Of a stretch of 64,000 nucleotides of DNA, positions 1 through 11,989 are shown piece after piece (within the stretch, counting starts at the first letter, position 1; every line of letters begins with the position of its first letter). Below the pieces are notes generated by a model, which ran no database searches, was not told where the DNA came from, and worked only from the letters and a program-made list of their open reading frames with translations. Source of the DNA: Carcharhinus amblyrhynchos (lineage: Eukaryota); the NCBI GenBank assembly GCA_965287045.1, contig OZ336874.1, positions 48,856,001-48,920,000 on the forward strand, read 5' to 3'. The translations under genes were made by a program, and so were the position numbers.

Positions 1-193
1 AATCTCGGCTCTTGAAAAGCTCTGTCACTAATTCCTATTCCCTATCAGGTCTTACTTACCTTTACTGTTCTCATGGATTTAAACTATCACATAGTCACAT
101 AGTGACCTAATTTGAAAATTTCCATCATAATGCCTGTATTATTTCACAACTACCACTCCATATCTTGTATTCTCCTTCAATTCAACAATTTCC

Positions 194-341
194 CTGTTTG
201 TGGGAGTTGGCAGTGCACAGACTTGGCTGCTGTTATTTCCTGAATTAGTACGATGACTATATTCATTGCTTCATTACCTGCAAAGCGCCTTGGGATGTCC
301 AGTATTTGTGAAAAGTGCTGTATAATGTGAGTCCTTCTTTT
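194..341 (+). mobile_element. Deu-domain SINE 3' half (SacSINE1/AmnSINE-like) with L2-type tail
   Basis: ctgtttgtggga..ttggctgc..aaagcgccttgggatgtcc..gtgaaaagtgctgtataa resembles the recalled DeuSINE consensus. Confidence 0.6.
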
Positions 342-356
342 TGTCTGTCAAATTTC

Positions 357-638
357 AGTGGCACAGTTGTTAGCACCGCTACATCACAGCACTAGGAACC
401 TGGGTTCAAATCCCAGCTTGGGTCTGTGCAGAGTTTGCACATTCTCCACATGCCCACATGGGATTCCTCCAGATGCTCTGGTTTCCTCCCATAGTCTGAA
501 AGATGTGCTGGTTAGGTGTATTGGCGATGCTAAATTCTCCCTCAGTCTACCTGAACTGTGGCGACTAGAGGATTTTCGCAGAAACCATTGCAGTGTTAAT
601 GTAAGCCTACTTGTGACTAATAAATAAACTTTAACTTT
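357..638 (+). mobile_element. tRNA-derived V-SINE/HE1-like SINE, tail type A
   Basis: Box A-like tggcacagttgttagc, box B-like ggttcaaatccc, core agtttgcacattctcc..ggtttcctccc, tail cattgcagtgttaatgtaagcctacttgtgac..aataaataaact. Multicopy in this window. Confidence 0.85.
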
Positions 639-719
639 AATTTCAGAAAATGAGCAACTTGCTAAATACCTTATTTTGTATTGAGTTTCATACTAGAGGA
701 TGAAGATAAAATGAGAAAA

Positions 720-1250
720 AGTGAAACTAAATAAAGGGGAAACTTACTGGATGTACTATGAAAATGGGAATAGGGAAATAACAAAACTAAAAATAGGCAA
801 ATGTTCATGATGGTTTCCATCCTAGGATATTAAAAGAAATAAGTGAGTAACATATAGACACTTTAGTTGTCCACCATTCCTAATTCAGGAATTGCTATTC
901 GGGAAAAGTTATTTATTCGCTTGCCACAGGCAAAGCTCCAGGTGTTGATGCTATATCACCTGAACTCATCCAGCATGGAAAACCACTGCTGCAGCATCAG
1001 TCAAGCCTTTTCTATCTCTGCTGGAGGAAAAGGGCTCTTTACCAGGATAAAGCATGAGGCAAAGTTTGCGGTCCTGTATAAGAACAAGGCTAATATCACT
1101 GATTGCAAAACGATGTATAGATTTTGGTAATGGGGGGTGGGAGGGTGAGATTTATGGAGCCAATGTGGATGATGGAGCAAACTAGCCATGTCCTAATTGA
1201 ATGGGGAATGATACTGAGGAATTGAATGAACCATTCCTATTCTTACGTTC
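720..1250 (+). mobile_element. Degraded CR1 LINE fragments
   Basis: gatggtttccatcctaggatattaaaagaa encodes DGFHPRILKE. CR1-type 3' end near 1150-1250. Confidence 0.55.
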
Positions 1251-1254
1251 AAAG

Positions 1255-1942
1255 GCGTGAAGTTACTGGCTTTGGACTGGGGTAGCACGGTAAGTAGTCT
1301 CACAACACCAAGTTAAAGTCCAACAGGTTTATTTGGTAGTATGAGTTTTCAAAGTGTTGCCCCTTCATCAAGTGAGTGAAGAGTTCAGTTCACAAACGGG
1401 GCACATATAGACACAAACTCCATTACAAGATCATGGTTGTGGTGCGAGTCTTAACAGATAATCAAGTCTTTACAGATGCAGACAATGTGAGTGGAGAGGG
1501 GGTTAAGCACAGGTTAAAGAGGTGTGAATTGTCTCCAGCCAGGGAAATTGGTGAGATTTGGCAAACCCAGGCAAGTCGTAGGTGTTACAGATAGTGTGAC
1601 ATGAATCCAAGGTTGAGGCCGTTCTCATGTGTGCAGAACTTGGCTATCAGTTTCCGCTCAGTGATTCTGTGTTGTGTGTCATGAAGGCCGCCTTGGAGAA
1701 CGTTTACTCAAAAATCAGAGGCTGAATACCCTTGACTGCTAAAGTGTTCCCCAACTGGAAGGGAACACTCCTGCCTGGTGATTGTCGAGTGGTGTCCATT
1801 CATCTGTTGTTGTAGCTTCTGCGTGATCTCCCCAAGTATCATGCCTCGGGACATCCTTCCCTGCAGCATATCAGGTAGACAATGTTGGCCGAGTCACAGA
1901 AGTAACTTGGGAGATGGTGTTCTCATGTGAGATGATGGCATC
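1255..1942 (-). mobile_element. Penelope-like element 3' fragment (decayed GIY-YIG endonuclease + pLTR)
   Basis: Homologous to 41708-42359 and, as reverse complement, to 58206-58888. Degenerate hammerhead at ~1340-1376. Confidence 0.85.
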
Positions 1943-1958
1943 TCATAAACCTTTGAGC

Positions 1959-2211
1959 CATCAGTTTAGCAAGAAAGGGGCATTTTGTAAAAGTGCACAA
2001 TTAATTGTACTTCATGGAAGATATAAATTTATATTTCAAATGAATGTCTAAGATACCTTACACCTTTTTTTAAAAATAGAAATTTGATATAAACAAAATT
2101 CTATTTCTAAAAAAATGTGTAATGTATCTTAGACATGCATTTGAAATATAAATTTATATCTTCCATGAAGTACAATTACTTACAAAATGTCCCATTCTTG
2201 CTAAACTGATG
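1959..2211. repeat. Long near-perfect inverted repeat (arms ~120 bp, spacer ~7 nt)
   Basis: catcagtttagcaagaa...aattgtacttcatggaagatataaatttatatttcaaatg is mirrored by catttgaaatataaatttatatcttccatgaagtacaatt...ttcttgctaaactgatg. Confidence 0.95.
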
Positions 2212-2289
2212 TCTCTGTCTCGGTGCTGGTCTGCCTGCCTAGTAAGGTTGCAGAATTGCGATTTCGATAAGGCTGTGTGCTTGTTTGTC

Positions 2290-2520
2290 CTTGGGCAGCG
2301 CCTGTACGGTGGAAGAGGGCGGCGGCGGGGGGGCGGGTGATGTGTGGGATGGATACTCGCAGCAAGGTGAGAGTCACCTGTACCCCAGGGACCGCTACGG
2401 AGCTGGCCTGAGCTTGGAGAGGGTCCGGCTCACTTGTTAATGTGTACTGAGGCAGTGAGAGATCACTCCGGAGTGACATTGAGCCCGGGCTGCATCTACT
2501 GAGAGCGGGAAGGTGCAAAG
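2290..2520 (+). promoter_or_regulatory. LYRM7: GC/CpG-rich island around LYRM7 first exon (promoter/5'UTR)
   Basis: Local CpG and GC enrichment in an AT-rich background. GGGCGG boxes at 2317-2322 and 2331-2336. Contains the start codon and first splice donor. Confidence 0.7.
2349..2366 (+). CDS. LYRM7: LYRM7 coding exon 1 (MDTRSK)
   Basis: gggATGg Kozak context, 18 nt, then donor AAG|gtgaga. Corresponds to human MGRAVK and joins exon 2 in phase 0. Confidence 0.88.
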
Positions 2521-3082
2521 CACAGAACGTTTCCCCCTGCTTTTAAATGGTTTTTACGTTCTTGTCTGATAAACCTGAATTATACCACCGGCTAAAGACT
2601 ACTGTCCAGTCAATATATACAAGCCATACTTCTTAAGTTTAATATTAATGTTATAATAATAGGACTCTTTCCTAATAAGCAATTTAGCACGTTCTCAGGT
2701 TGTATTACAGACTGTCCATGTCTGTAGAAGTGTTATTTGGACTCCAAACGTTAACTCTCGTTTCTTTACAGATGCTGCCAAATCTTCCGAGTGTTTTTTT
2801 TTCAAATTTCCAACCTCTCCATATTTGCTTTAACACTTTGAGGCTTGTCTTGTACCAGCTGTGAGGATAAAGATGAAATAGTCATGTGCCTCTTTGCAGT
2901 ATTCAATGTAGTTGGCTTTCATGCAGAGTTATAAAACTATTGACACCAACTATGCAGTAAGATTAGCATGTAAGCTGATGATAGACCTGATTTTTTTTCT
3001 AAATTAATGGTTATAAATTGCAGGTTATATATTAATATTTTGCTGGACTATATCTGTTTCTTTGTATTTTTTGCATTGGAAG

Positions 3083-3155
3083 GTATTGCAGCTTTTCAAG
3101 GCTTTACATAGAACAAGACAACAAGTGTTTAAAGATGACAATCAAGCTCTAGAAG
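3083..3155 (+). CDS. LYRM7: LYRM7 coding exon 2 ([24 protein letters not shown])
   Basis: ag|GTATTG...GAAG|gtatgc, 73 nt. Near-identical to recalled human [24 protein letters not shown] (LYR-family N-terminal helix). Confidence 0.97.
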
Positions 3156-3221
3156 GTATGCTTAATTAAATACAGCTGATAGAACTGATGTTGGTGTAAT
3201 ATTTAATTTTTTAAAAAATTT

Positions 3222-3552
3222 TTAAAAATTCATTTGTGGGACATGCGCATTGCTGGCTGGCCAGATTTATTGCCCATCCTTATTTGCCCTTGGATGGTAG
3301 TTGAGAGTCAACCACATTGCTGAGGTGCTGAAGCCACATATAGGCCCGGCCAGGCCAGGTAATGATGGCAGATTTCCTTCCCTAAAGGACATTAGTAAAC
3401 CAGATGGGTTTTTCCTGACAATCAATGATAGTTTCATGGTCATCAGTAGATTCTTAAGTTCCAGATATTTTTAATTGAATTCAAAAATTCACCATCTAAT
3501 GTGGTGGGATTTGAACTTGGGTCCCCAGAACATCAGCTGAGTTTGTGGATTC
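3222..3552 (-). mobile_element. tRNA-headed SINE family C
   Basis: Core aagagtcaaccacattgc..gcagatttccttccctaaaggacattagt. Further copies at ~11170-11510(+), 31285-31885(-), 32765-33088(-), 33665-33957(+), 45085-45430(-), 63220-63530(-). Confidence 0.85.
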
Positions 3553-3735
3553 ATAGGGATGATCGATAAGGCACTAATAGACTGGGTTGGATTTATCCAT
3601 ATTTTGTGGACAGGACACACATGGGCAATTTTCCACATTTTCAGGTAGATGCTAGTGTTGCCGCTGTACTGGAACAGTTTGACTGGGCCTTTGACAAGTT
3701 GCCCAACTACTCTGTTCCCTCTGTGGAAATTGTCT

Positions 3736-4429
3736 TGTTATGAACCCCAGTTTGTTAAATTCCAGGTGGGATACCCTTGGGTGAGGAGGGTTGAATTGGC
3801 TCCCTTTCTTTATATAACCTTCTGAGTTGATTGCAACAAGGTTACTTCAAAAGGATTCCTTTCCTTTTTTTTAGTTCAAATTATTTACACTTTCAGAGGA
3901 ATCAATTTAACCAAGCTTTCTTGAGTTAACGAAACAGTGCGTTTATAGCTACTAAATCTGTGAAATATCTCTAATGTGTTCCAGCCAAAGCCAACATCCA
4001 ATACACACACCCCTCCAAATGAACGCAGTACAGCATAGGTTAATGCCCACTTGTTACAGGAATCCCGCATCCTGGGTTGGGTGCTGAAAATCTCTAGTGA
4101 AGAAACTCAGAAATGGTTGTAGTCGAATCTATTTCTCAAAACACAGCTTTTAAGGCAGAACCAAACGGGGGAGGGGGGAATAGAGAGAAAGAGACTGCTT
4201 CTTAGCTTGCTGCTGAGCTGCTTCCAAAAAAAAGCCCTATTACATGACTGCTTAGCTCCACCCCCAATGATATCGCTTAAGCTGCATGATGTTTTTAAAA
4301 AACCTTTCTAAAAGGTAAACATGGTATCCCTGAATTTACATCCTCAGCCATCTTTGGCTCATATATTCATTTTTTAAAATCGCATTCAATATATTGGTAC
4401 GCGATTCGGGGTTTTGGTTCTTCATGACT
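3736..4429. mobile_element. Probable solo LTR inserted in a LINE fragment
   Basis: Termini TGTTATGA...TCATGACT form an imperfect inverted pair. LINE-like sequence stops near 3700 and resumes near 4490. Confidence 0.5.
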
Positions 4430-5384
4430 ATCATGAATAGACATTTCTGCAGCACGAGCATTCCATACTGGTGTTGGAATGCTGTCAGTATTTACAGCTT
4501 TTGCAGCAATCCCGTGCCTTCAGCCATTTCTTGATATCATAGGGGGTGAATTGAACTGGCTGAAGACCGGGATCTCTAACTTTGGGTCCACTGGAGAAGG
4601 TCATGATGGATCGTCCACTCAGCACTTCTGGCCGAAGATTGTTGCAAATGCTTCAACCTTGTCTTTTGTACTGATATGCCGAGCTCCTCCAACGTTGGGG
4701 ATATTTGTGAATCCTCCTCACTTTACTTGTAATGCCTACCAAACTTTCAAATATTTGCTTCTATCTTGCAATGTAATCTTGAGCTCCAAATTAGAGTAAG
4801 TATCTAGTTATGGAAAAAATATACCGTTACTAAATTAATTTGAAAAGATCCAATCTGCCAAATGTGACCGCCACTGAAGCATTTTTATATAATATACATT
4901 TCTGTCCTGGCCCCATGTTTGGGGGTGCAGGTTAGGTCTTCACAGGGAAATGCAGTCATTTGGTATGTCAGACGTGCGACCATTCTTGGTTTATGTCTTG
5001 CCCGCGTAATGTCAGCAAACTATTTGACTGTTGGTGATTAGCAGGCATGGCTGATAGAAATCTTCTGCACTTTCTGACACTGGATAACAACTGGGACGTT
5101 TCAAGCTAGATTATATCTATAATTCAAATTTGAGGATTCGGCTCACAACTTTATAACTTGGACTTGTGCACTCCCAACTGATTTTACTGACACTGAGATA
5201 AGAACAGGTCAACTAAACATTGTAGCAGATGAATTTTTCATGATGGAAGCAGTTTGGTTCTTCACATTGAGATGATGAAGCTTCTTCTTCTACCTCGACC
5301 TTTTAGGGCATGGAATTGAAATTTTTGCAAACTACACTTAGTGCATTGGATCTCTACTTCAGGGAATAGAATCATATGTATAGC

Positions 5385-5750
5385 ACAGGAGAGAGCCATT
5401 CAGCACGTTGTGTCATTGTTGGATAAAAATATACCTATTGACCTAATCCAACCCTCTTGTCTGTCACCTTCTAGGTTGCGCATATCCAAGTGCTTTTTAA
5501 ACATGAGGGTTTTTCCTCTCCCAACCTTCCAGGCCAAGTTCACCCAGGGGTGGTGGAAAATATTAAATATTTCTCCTGAACCACCACCTATTCTACTCAC
5601 TACTTGAATTACTTTAAATCTGTGACCCTGGTTTTTGGCTCCTCTTTAGAGAAATGGATTCTCTTTATCTGTATCCCCTCAATTTTTTACATCTAAATTT
5701 ATATCTTCCCTCAGTCTCCTCTGTTCCAAATAAAATAATCCCAATGGTAC
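5385..5750 (-). mobile_element. CR1 LINE 3' fragment
   Basis: atagaatcat tail. Minus-strand translation includes KTLMFKKHLD, a CR1 ORF2 C-terminus. Confidence 0.65.
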
Positions 5751-6289
5751 AAATGCGTAGTTGTGATATTATGGATTTTGTTAGGGGGTAAAAAAAGGAA
5801 CTGAGAAAGGGGTTGCCAAAAAGTACCCGACTTTGTTACAACTGCAATGTTTGCCAAGCTTCTGGAACACAAGTACACATATCCAGATATGGGAAGTCAT
5901 TTGAAATTCAATGTGCATTCCTACAAGGGTAAACAGGTACTCTTTGACAATCCCTTCCATGGAGGTGTGACTAGCTCCTTCCACTTCACCAAATCTGGAA
6001 GAATGGGAACCATTCGAGTTAAAAGGCTGAGACATTTAAAAGTTTAACTATCTCTGCTAAAAGACAACAGATGGGACTGTGCCCCCCCCCCCCCCCCCCC
6101 CCCCGGCTTGCGCTAACCCAATATCTAATGTGGAAGCATGATTCAATAATTTGGGACAGCAGCCATTTTCATCTGAATATCTGGCTGGCGTAGAACCCAG
6201 AAGACTCTGGAAGACAGGTCCAGCCCACGCTCTCAATTGAACTTAGTACTCACCATATGAGAGAGCTGGAGTAGTCACAGTGGAAGATT

Positions 6290-7215
6290 CACTTACCTTG
6301 TTTGTCTTCCCCAAATGCACTATTTCTCTCCTTGTCCAGATTGAATTCCATTTTGCACTTTTCTGCCCGCTTGTTCTGTTCATTGGTACCTTCCTGCACA
6401 CTACAGCTTTTCTTCCTATTGATTACAAGGCTAATTCTTGTTATCTGCAAATTTCTTAATCGGACTTGTTACATTTAAATCAAAGTCATTAATTTTTTTT
6501 TGTTTTTATTTCAATTCAATCAAATCAAGTCCAATTCAGAGTCTCAAGTTGGGACATTCCTGATCCAAGCTGACAAGACAGGGCTCTCACCTCCTGTCTT
6601 GATCTACATGATCCAAGCTGATTGGAGTAGGTGTAGCTCTGCCTCCAAGGCTTGATCTCATTTGCGTCTTAGCCAAAAGGCCGAGATGCCGTTTTTAAAA
6701 ATTGCTTCAAATGAAGTTAAAATGTAACCTCACAACTTCAGCCAAACGCAGCATGTTGATACTAGCACAAGATTTGTAACCCAGTATTGAGCTCCACTGG
6801 AAATCAGCCTTCCAGTCACGCCCATTCCTGTGGACCCGTCTTTTATTGTTTTCTGCCACTGAGTTAATTTGGACCAAACTGGAATTTTTCCTTGGTTCTC
6901 ATGAACTTCACTTTTCGGACCAGTCTGCCAAATGGGACCTTTAAAAAGTCTTGTTAAAATCCATGTAAATGAACCCTCCTTATTACCTCATCACCAAGTT
7001 TAGTAAAGATAATTAGACACAATTTTACTTGACAAACCTGTGCTAAATGTCCTTGGTTAATCTGTGCCTGTGATAAATAAAAGTTAATTCTGCCTCAAGG
7101 TTTTCAAAAATTTACCCACAGTAGGGTGACTGGCCTGTACCTCCTCGAGATATTCCTTCCCCCTCTTTTACAGCAACAGTACATCATTAGCTGGTGCTGC
7201 TTCTCCAGCACCAGG
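6290..7215 (-). mobile_element. Degraded CR1 RT fragment interrupted by the U2-headed element
   Basis: ttatctgcaaattt (KFADN on minus) and aaaagtcttgttaaaatccatgta (YMDFNKTF on minus). Confidence 0.6.
6493..6691 (-). mobile_element. Short poly(A)-tailed element with U2 snRNA-like 5' head (copy 1)
   Basis: 6667-6686 reverse complement = TCTCGGCCTTTTGGCTAAGA (U2 nt 7-26 as recalled, 20/20). Ends AATAAA + A-tract. Homologous to 62654-62868. Confidence 0.75.
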
Positions 7216-7299
7216 GTGGATTGGAAAATGGTTTGGTCAAAATGATTGATTGTCAATCAAATTAACTGAGGGACAAATTAAAAGGGGCAGCCCCCAAAA

Positions 7300-7790
7300 G
7301 GAAGGGAACTACCCAAAACAAAAGACAAAGCAGAAAGGAAACTTAAACCATCAAACCAAAATGTGATTGAAGGGGTCGGTGATGCATCTCGGCCCCTGCA
7401 GCGTCCTCGGACGCTGCATGCACCCTCTCTGGGGGCACCTGGCTGCGAATGTAGAGGGGCAGATAGTTGGGCCAGATGACCCCCTCAGTTGCCTGCTGCC
7501 TGGACCTGGGAGCAGGTTCACAAGGAGGTCCTCCACCTTCCCCACCTCTTCTCCACTCTGGGTGCCCTTAGATCAGGAGCACGTCACTGAAGTGCAAGCG
7601 GAACATCAATAAAGTAATTAAAAAGGGAGTGCAGCCTATAACACTTAACATGGACATGGTCCACAGACTCCACAAGATTACAAAAAGGGCAGATTTCTTG
7701 GGAGCCCGTGAGCCAATGCAACCTACAGTTGTGTGGAATCACTGTATGCACCATCCTCCACTCCAAGCTAGTGGGGGAGAATCCCTCACT
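7300..7790 (-). mobile_element. L1/Tx1-clade LINE ORF2 C-terminal remnant
   Basis: Minus-strand ICPFCNLVESVDHVHVKC is a CCHC zinc-knuckle motif typical of Tx1/L1 ORF2. Confidence 0.7.
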
Positions 7791-9332
7791 GAGTCATAAT
7801 TTGAAAACTCCAGCTATCAGAAGTTTTGTTTTGCTAGGTTAAAACGTTCTTAAATAGACAATATAGTATGATGGCAAACAAGATCTGAAACAAAGCTCTA
7901 CCTGCTGTATATTGAAGTGCAATTTACTGTATTGTTAACATTTCTGGGTTTCAGTTGTGAATTAGTGTGAACCAATCCAATTCTTCTCCCTTGTCAAATT
8001 TTGTCTTCTGCAAAATTTGATTTGGATGATCTTTTAAAGAAAATGCCTGATTGTTCACTGATATAAAATCAGACATTTCATTTTCAGTGATACAACTCAA
8101 GTTACTCCTAACTGAAATTTTAACCAATTTGTTTTTGGAGGCCCACGTTTTGGGTTTTTGAGAACTTTGATAGTCACGTACCTATGTACAGCTGGAAGTT
8201 TTTATTTTAAGTTGGGTTCCCAGAAGAGTTATGTTCAACTTCAGATTGATGACCCTTAAATTCAGCCATGCTTCCTATACATCTGTAATTTTCATGCCTG
8301 CCAGTGTACAGGTGGGAGGTAGAGGTCACAGAAATGCTGCATCTGGAAATACTTATCTCTGTTACTTAAGCAACTACGAAGGAACAGAATAAAATTTTAG
8401 TTTGGATTAAAAAAAAGTATCAAAATCCTCAGCGGAAATTTGTTATCTGCACTTCCTCTGCTAATTATCATTTTAATTTGACACAAATTTAAAGTGAAAT
8501 ATATGATTTATGTCGGTAACAGATTCAGGAATTGGTATAGTGCCAATTCATTCTGCGTACAGCAGGCCATAAGGAGTCATCTATTCTGACATCTGTTTGC
8601 AAGGTTCAAAAAAAAATCCAACGTATTTTCAAAATGTTGGAGAGAATTGGGCGAAAGTAAATAAAGTTGCCCACGGTCTTGTGTCCTTTTTCTTTTTTGC
8701 CATCACAGTAATAATAATCCTTCTCCTGCATAGTGTGCTTTTGAAGTATATATCCACTGTATCTCAATACATTCAAGCATCTCTAACTTCACGGGCCTAC
8801 TAATCATTTTCCTTGTGTCTGCCATCTTGGTTATCTGCCAGAATTTTTATAAAACAAAATCTTGTTTTGGGGAAGTCTTCCAATACTAACCTTCTCAAGA
8901 TTTAGCTTGATGCAGTCCATCAACCCAAGAAAGACTTGTGCTATGCATGGCTTCATCCCCTTATCAAGAATATTGCTTGATTGTGTGCATAAGGTCAGAA
9001 TCGAAAGACTGTATTTTATACCAATTTCCATTATTTGGGAGAATTATATACAGAGACATTTGAAACAAATCCAATGCTATGTTTATTATATTTTGTTTGT
9101 AATTGTGCTTTAAACTGCAATTTCCAGACTCATGTTCTTTATTTAGTTATACACAGAACTTTGCCTTTAGAGGACATTTCATAGTTTAGAAAACTTGTGT
9201 GATGTTTCTTGGGATCCTGAAAGAATTACTCAAGCCTGGATTCTTATTTTAATACATGAGACTTGGATTTATGAATATTTGTATTTCAAATTTGATTGTG
9301 TAGCGAAACTAATTTTGTAACTTGATGTTTAG

Positions 9333-9403
9333 CTGCAAGAAAGAAGATTAACTCTGAATTCCGGCGCAACCTTACTGGGTTGTCTCCAGAGAAAATAACT
9401 GAG
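9333..9403 (+). CDS. LYRM7: LYRM7 coding exon 3 (AARKKINSEFRRNLTGLSPEKITE)
   Basis: tttag|CTGCAAGA...GAG|gtcagt, 71 nt, phase-compatible. Resembles human [24 protein letters not shown]. Confidence 0.96.
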
Positions 9404-10879
9404 GTCAGTTCATTGTGGCAATTTTTACACCGCCTTCCCCTACCAAATATTCATCATGAGCTCAGTGACGAATTGCACAAGGATGTGTCTGGGTTACATT
9501 TACATATGTTTGGCATGTGTGTGCACATTGGTTTTAGAAGATCAAGGTTACTTGTGATCAAGTTCTACAATTGGATTGAGCAGCTGTGTTAATGTAAAGC
9601 CAGTTGTAATTATTTACACTGTAATGAAAAATCATACATTCTGTTCAATAATATGGGTCTAAATGTATTATTGCTCTCCTTGCAGCTGTCATGTTGATTA
9701 TAAGAGCAGTGAAAGTACTTGAGCAACTTGATGGGATAATAAATATTGCTTTGTATGGGGTGGGGTGGGGATGGCAGAGGGCAGCACTTGTTGAAATGAT
9801 TTCCCTGACAGTGGTCAGATTTTAGTGGGTAAGTTTGTGAAATCCAAAGTGCAAGGTAAAATTAATCAATTTTAGTTAAGTGCATTGACCCAAACAGGTG
9901 CCAGAAAGTGGCATCAATGGGAATTTCGCTGTAACTTTATTGCAGTGTTGAAGTAAGCCTTACTTGTGACTAATGAATAAACTTTAAAAATTAATACTCT
10001 TAGAAATGTGGAAGTTAGACATAGCCAGCATGAGGGTGAATCTGAAAATCTGTTTCCACTCTTCGGTAAATCAGGAGTGTAATTGAGAATTCTGATTAAT
10101 TCTAAATACCCAACATGAGGATAATTAGCAGCTAATGTTTTAATATGAAGTTTGAGAATAATACAAAATATGTAAGAAACATTTTAATGTCTCTAAGAAA
10201 TGGTTTTTAACATGCCATTAAAATGAAAGATGTATTCATGAAAGATATCAGCACAAATTCTGCAACAAAGTAAATCACCATTGCATATCTAAGCCAGGAA
10301 AAATAAGTCCAATAGAACTGGTTTAAATTGGTTAGAGAAAATGCTGAATCATAAGCCTTTTTTTGGGAGAGAACTTCCGTAAAATAGACTGACTAATAAG
10401 AGTTGAAGGTGTCAGAGAATTATTGATTGGAAGACATGTCATCAGTAATTGATAGATCAGTGAATGAATAAAATTGCTGTTAATTAAGTGCTGGGCAGAT
10501 TAATCTGATTAAAAAGTATAACTGTTCTACATTTTTGGCATGAAATCTGAGGTCTTTTGTGAAAGCCTGCTAACGCATTAGCTGTGTAGGCGGAACCATT
10601 GGTCTCCCATTTTGACCAAAATGAGATTTGTCCTAATTGTATGTTTGTCTGAATATTGTTCATTTGTAATGTTTTTGATTCTAACATTTCAATGTTTTAA
10701 TAAAAACTAATTTAATTGAAGAATTTCGTTGAACTGAATAAACTTTTTTTGCCTTTGTGAAATTAAACGTTTAATGAAAAGATTTAGTCGTGAATATAAT
10801 TAGGCCACAACAAGCAGCTAGAATTTATTCATTTATCATGTCAAAGAGTGGCAGAGAGATTGCAAGGATCCACTTTTCC

Positions 10880-11770
10880 TTTTGCAGATTTCAATATATA
10901 GATATTGTAGATGGCTCAATAGGTTTTAAAAGGAATGGGATACAGAATTTCAAGACTTTTGAGAAGATACAAGAGAGACTTATTGGACTTGCAGCATGGA
11001 TGAAGGACTTCATTTGTTTAGAGACTGGAGAAGGCTGGGATTATACTTGGAGCAGAGGAGAAAAGGTTACGGTAGCAATAATGGAGACTGTCAAATCACG
11101 GGGGGCTTTGATTGAGTAGATAGGGAGAAACTCTTTCCATTGGCAGAAGGTTCAATAATTGGGGACTCTGGGAGAGAAGCTGGCATAATGGTAATGTCGC
11201 TGAGGCAGTAATTCATAGGTTCAAGTTCATGCCCTATGGACATAGATTCAGGTCTCAACATGGCAGCTGGTGGAATTGAAATTTAATGAATAAAGCCTGG
11301 AATTGAAAGGTTCACTGATGTTCTTTTAAGGAAGGAAATCTGCCATCCTTACCTGGTCTGGCCTATGTGCGATTCCAAACCCACAACAATATAGTTGACT
11401 CTGAAATACCTTCTGCAATATCCCAGAAAGCCAGTAAGTTCATGGACAATTGGGGTTGGGCAACAAATGCTAGTCTTGCTGGTAATAGCCATGTCACATC
11501 AAAGAACAAAATAAATCTAAGAGATAAAATGGGCAAAGAAAAACCATGGGGGAGATATGGAGAATATTTTTTACACAGTGAGTTGTGATCTGCATTGCCT
11601 GAAATGATGATGGAAATTGGTTCAATAGTAATTGGATATGTACATGAAAAGGAACATTTGCAGGACTTTGGAGAAAGAACAGAAGAATAGGACTAGTTAT
11701 TGTAATGCTTGCAAAAAGCTAGCATGGGCACAATGAGCCAAATGGCCTCTTGCAGTGTAGCATGATTCTG
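10880..11770 (+). mobile_element. Degraded CR1 3' fragment interrupted by SINE C (11170-11510)
   Basis: FEKIQERLIGL..., tagatagggagaaactctttccattgg, and tatttttta cacagtgagttgtga after the SINE. Confidence 0.65.
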
Positions 11771-11989
11771 AGGAGATAACTAGTTTTTGAGAGCTGATTC
11801 CATCATATTAGGCTGAATGATCTTCTATTATGTTATCAAATTGTGATTCTATTTTTCTTCATTACTGCTGAGGAAATTATTTCACTGAGTGCCTTGCTCC
11901 CTTCTGTTATTTCTCTTTGCATTTTATCCCTATGAAGCACCTGTCCATACCTCAGACCACTGACCCTTCTTCCCAAAAAATCCTAAACT

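Noticed and set aside
1-2340. Divergent HINT1 first exon, expected from human synteny
   Set aside because: No HINT1-like peptide found on the minus strand. It may lie outside the window.
3021-3082. Alternative acceptor (ttgcag at 3023) for LYRM7 exon 2
   Set aside because: It would add 59 nt and shift the frame. Homology supports 3083.
6082-6104. Poly-C tract (also ~31004-31023 and poly-G ~36098-36111)
   Set aside because: Simple homopolymers associated with repeats. Lengths are unreliable and there is no evidence of function.
6667-6686. Functional U2 snRNA gene
   Set aside because: Similarity ends before the branch-point recognition sequence GUAGUA. There is no Sm site or 3' stem-loops. 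The same applies at 62658.
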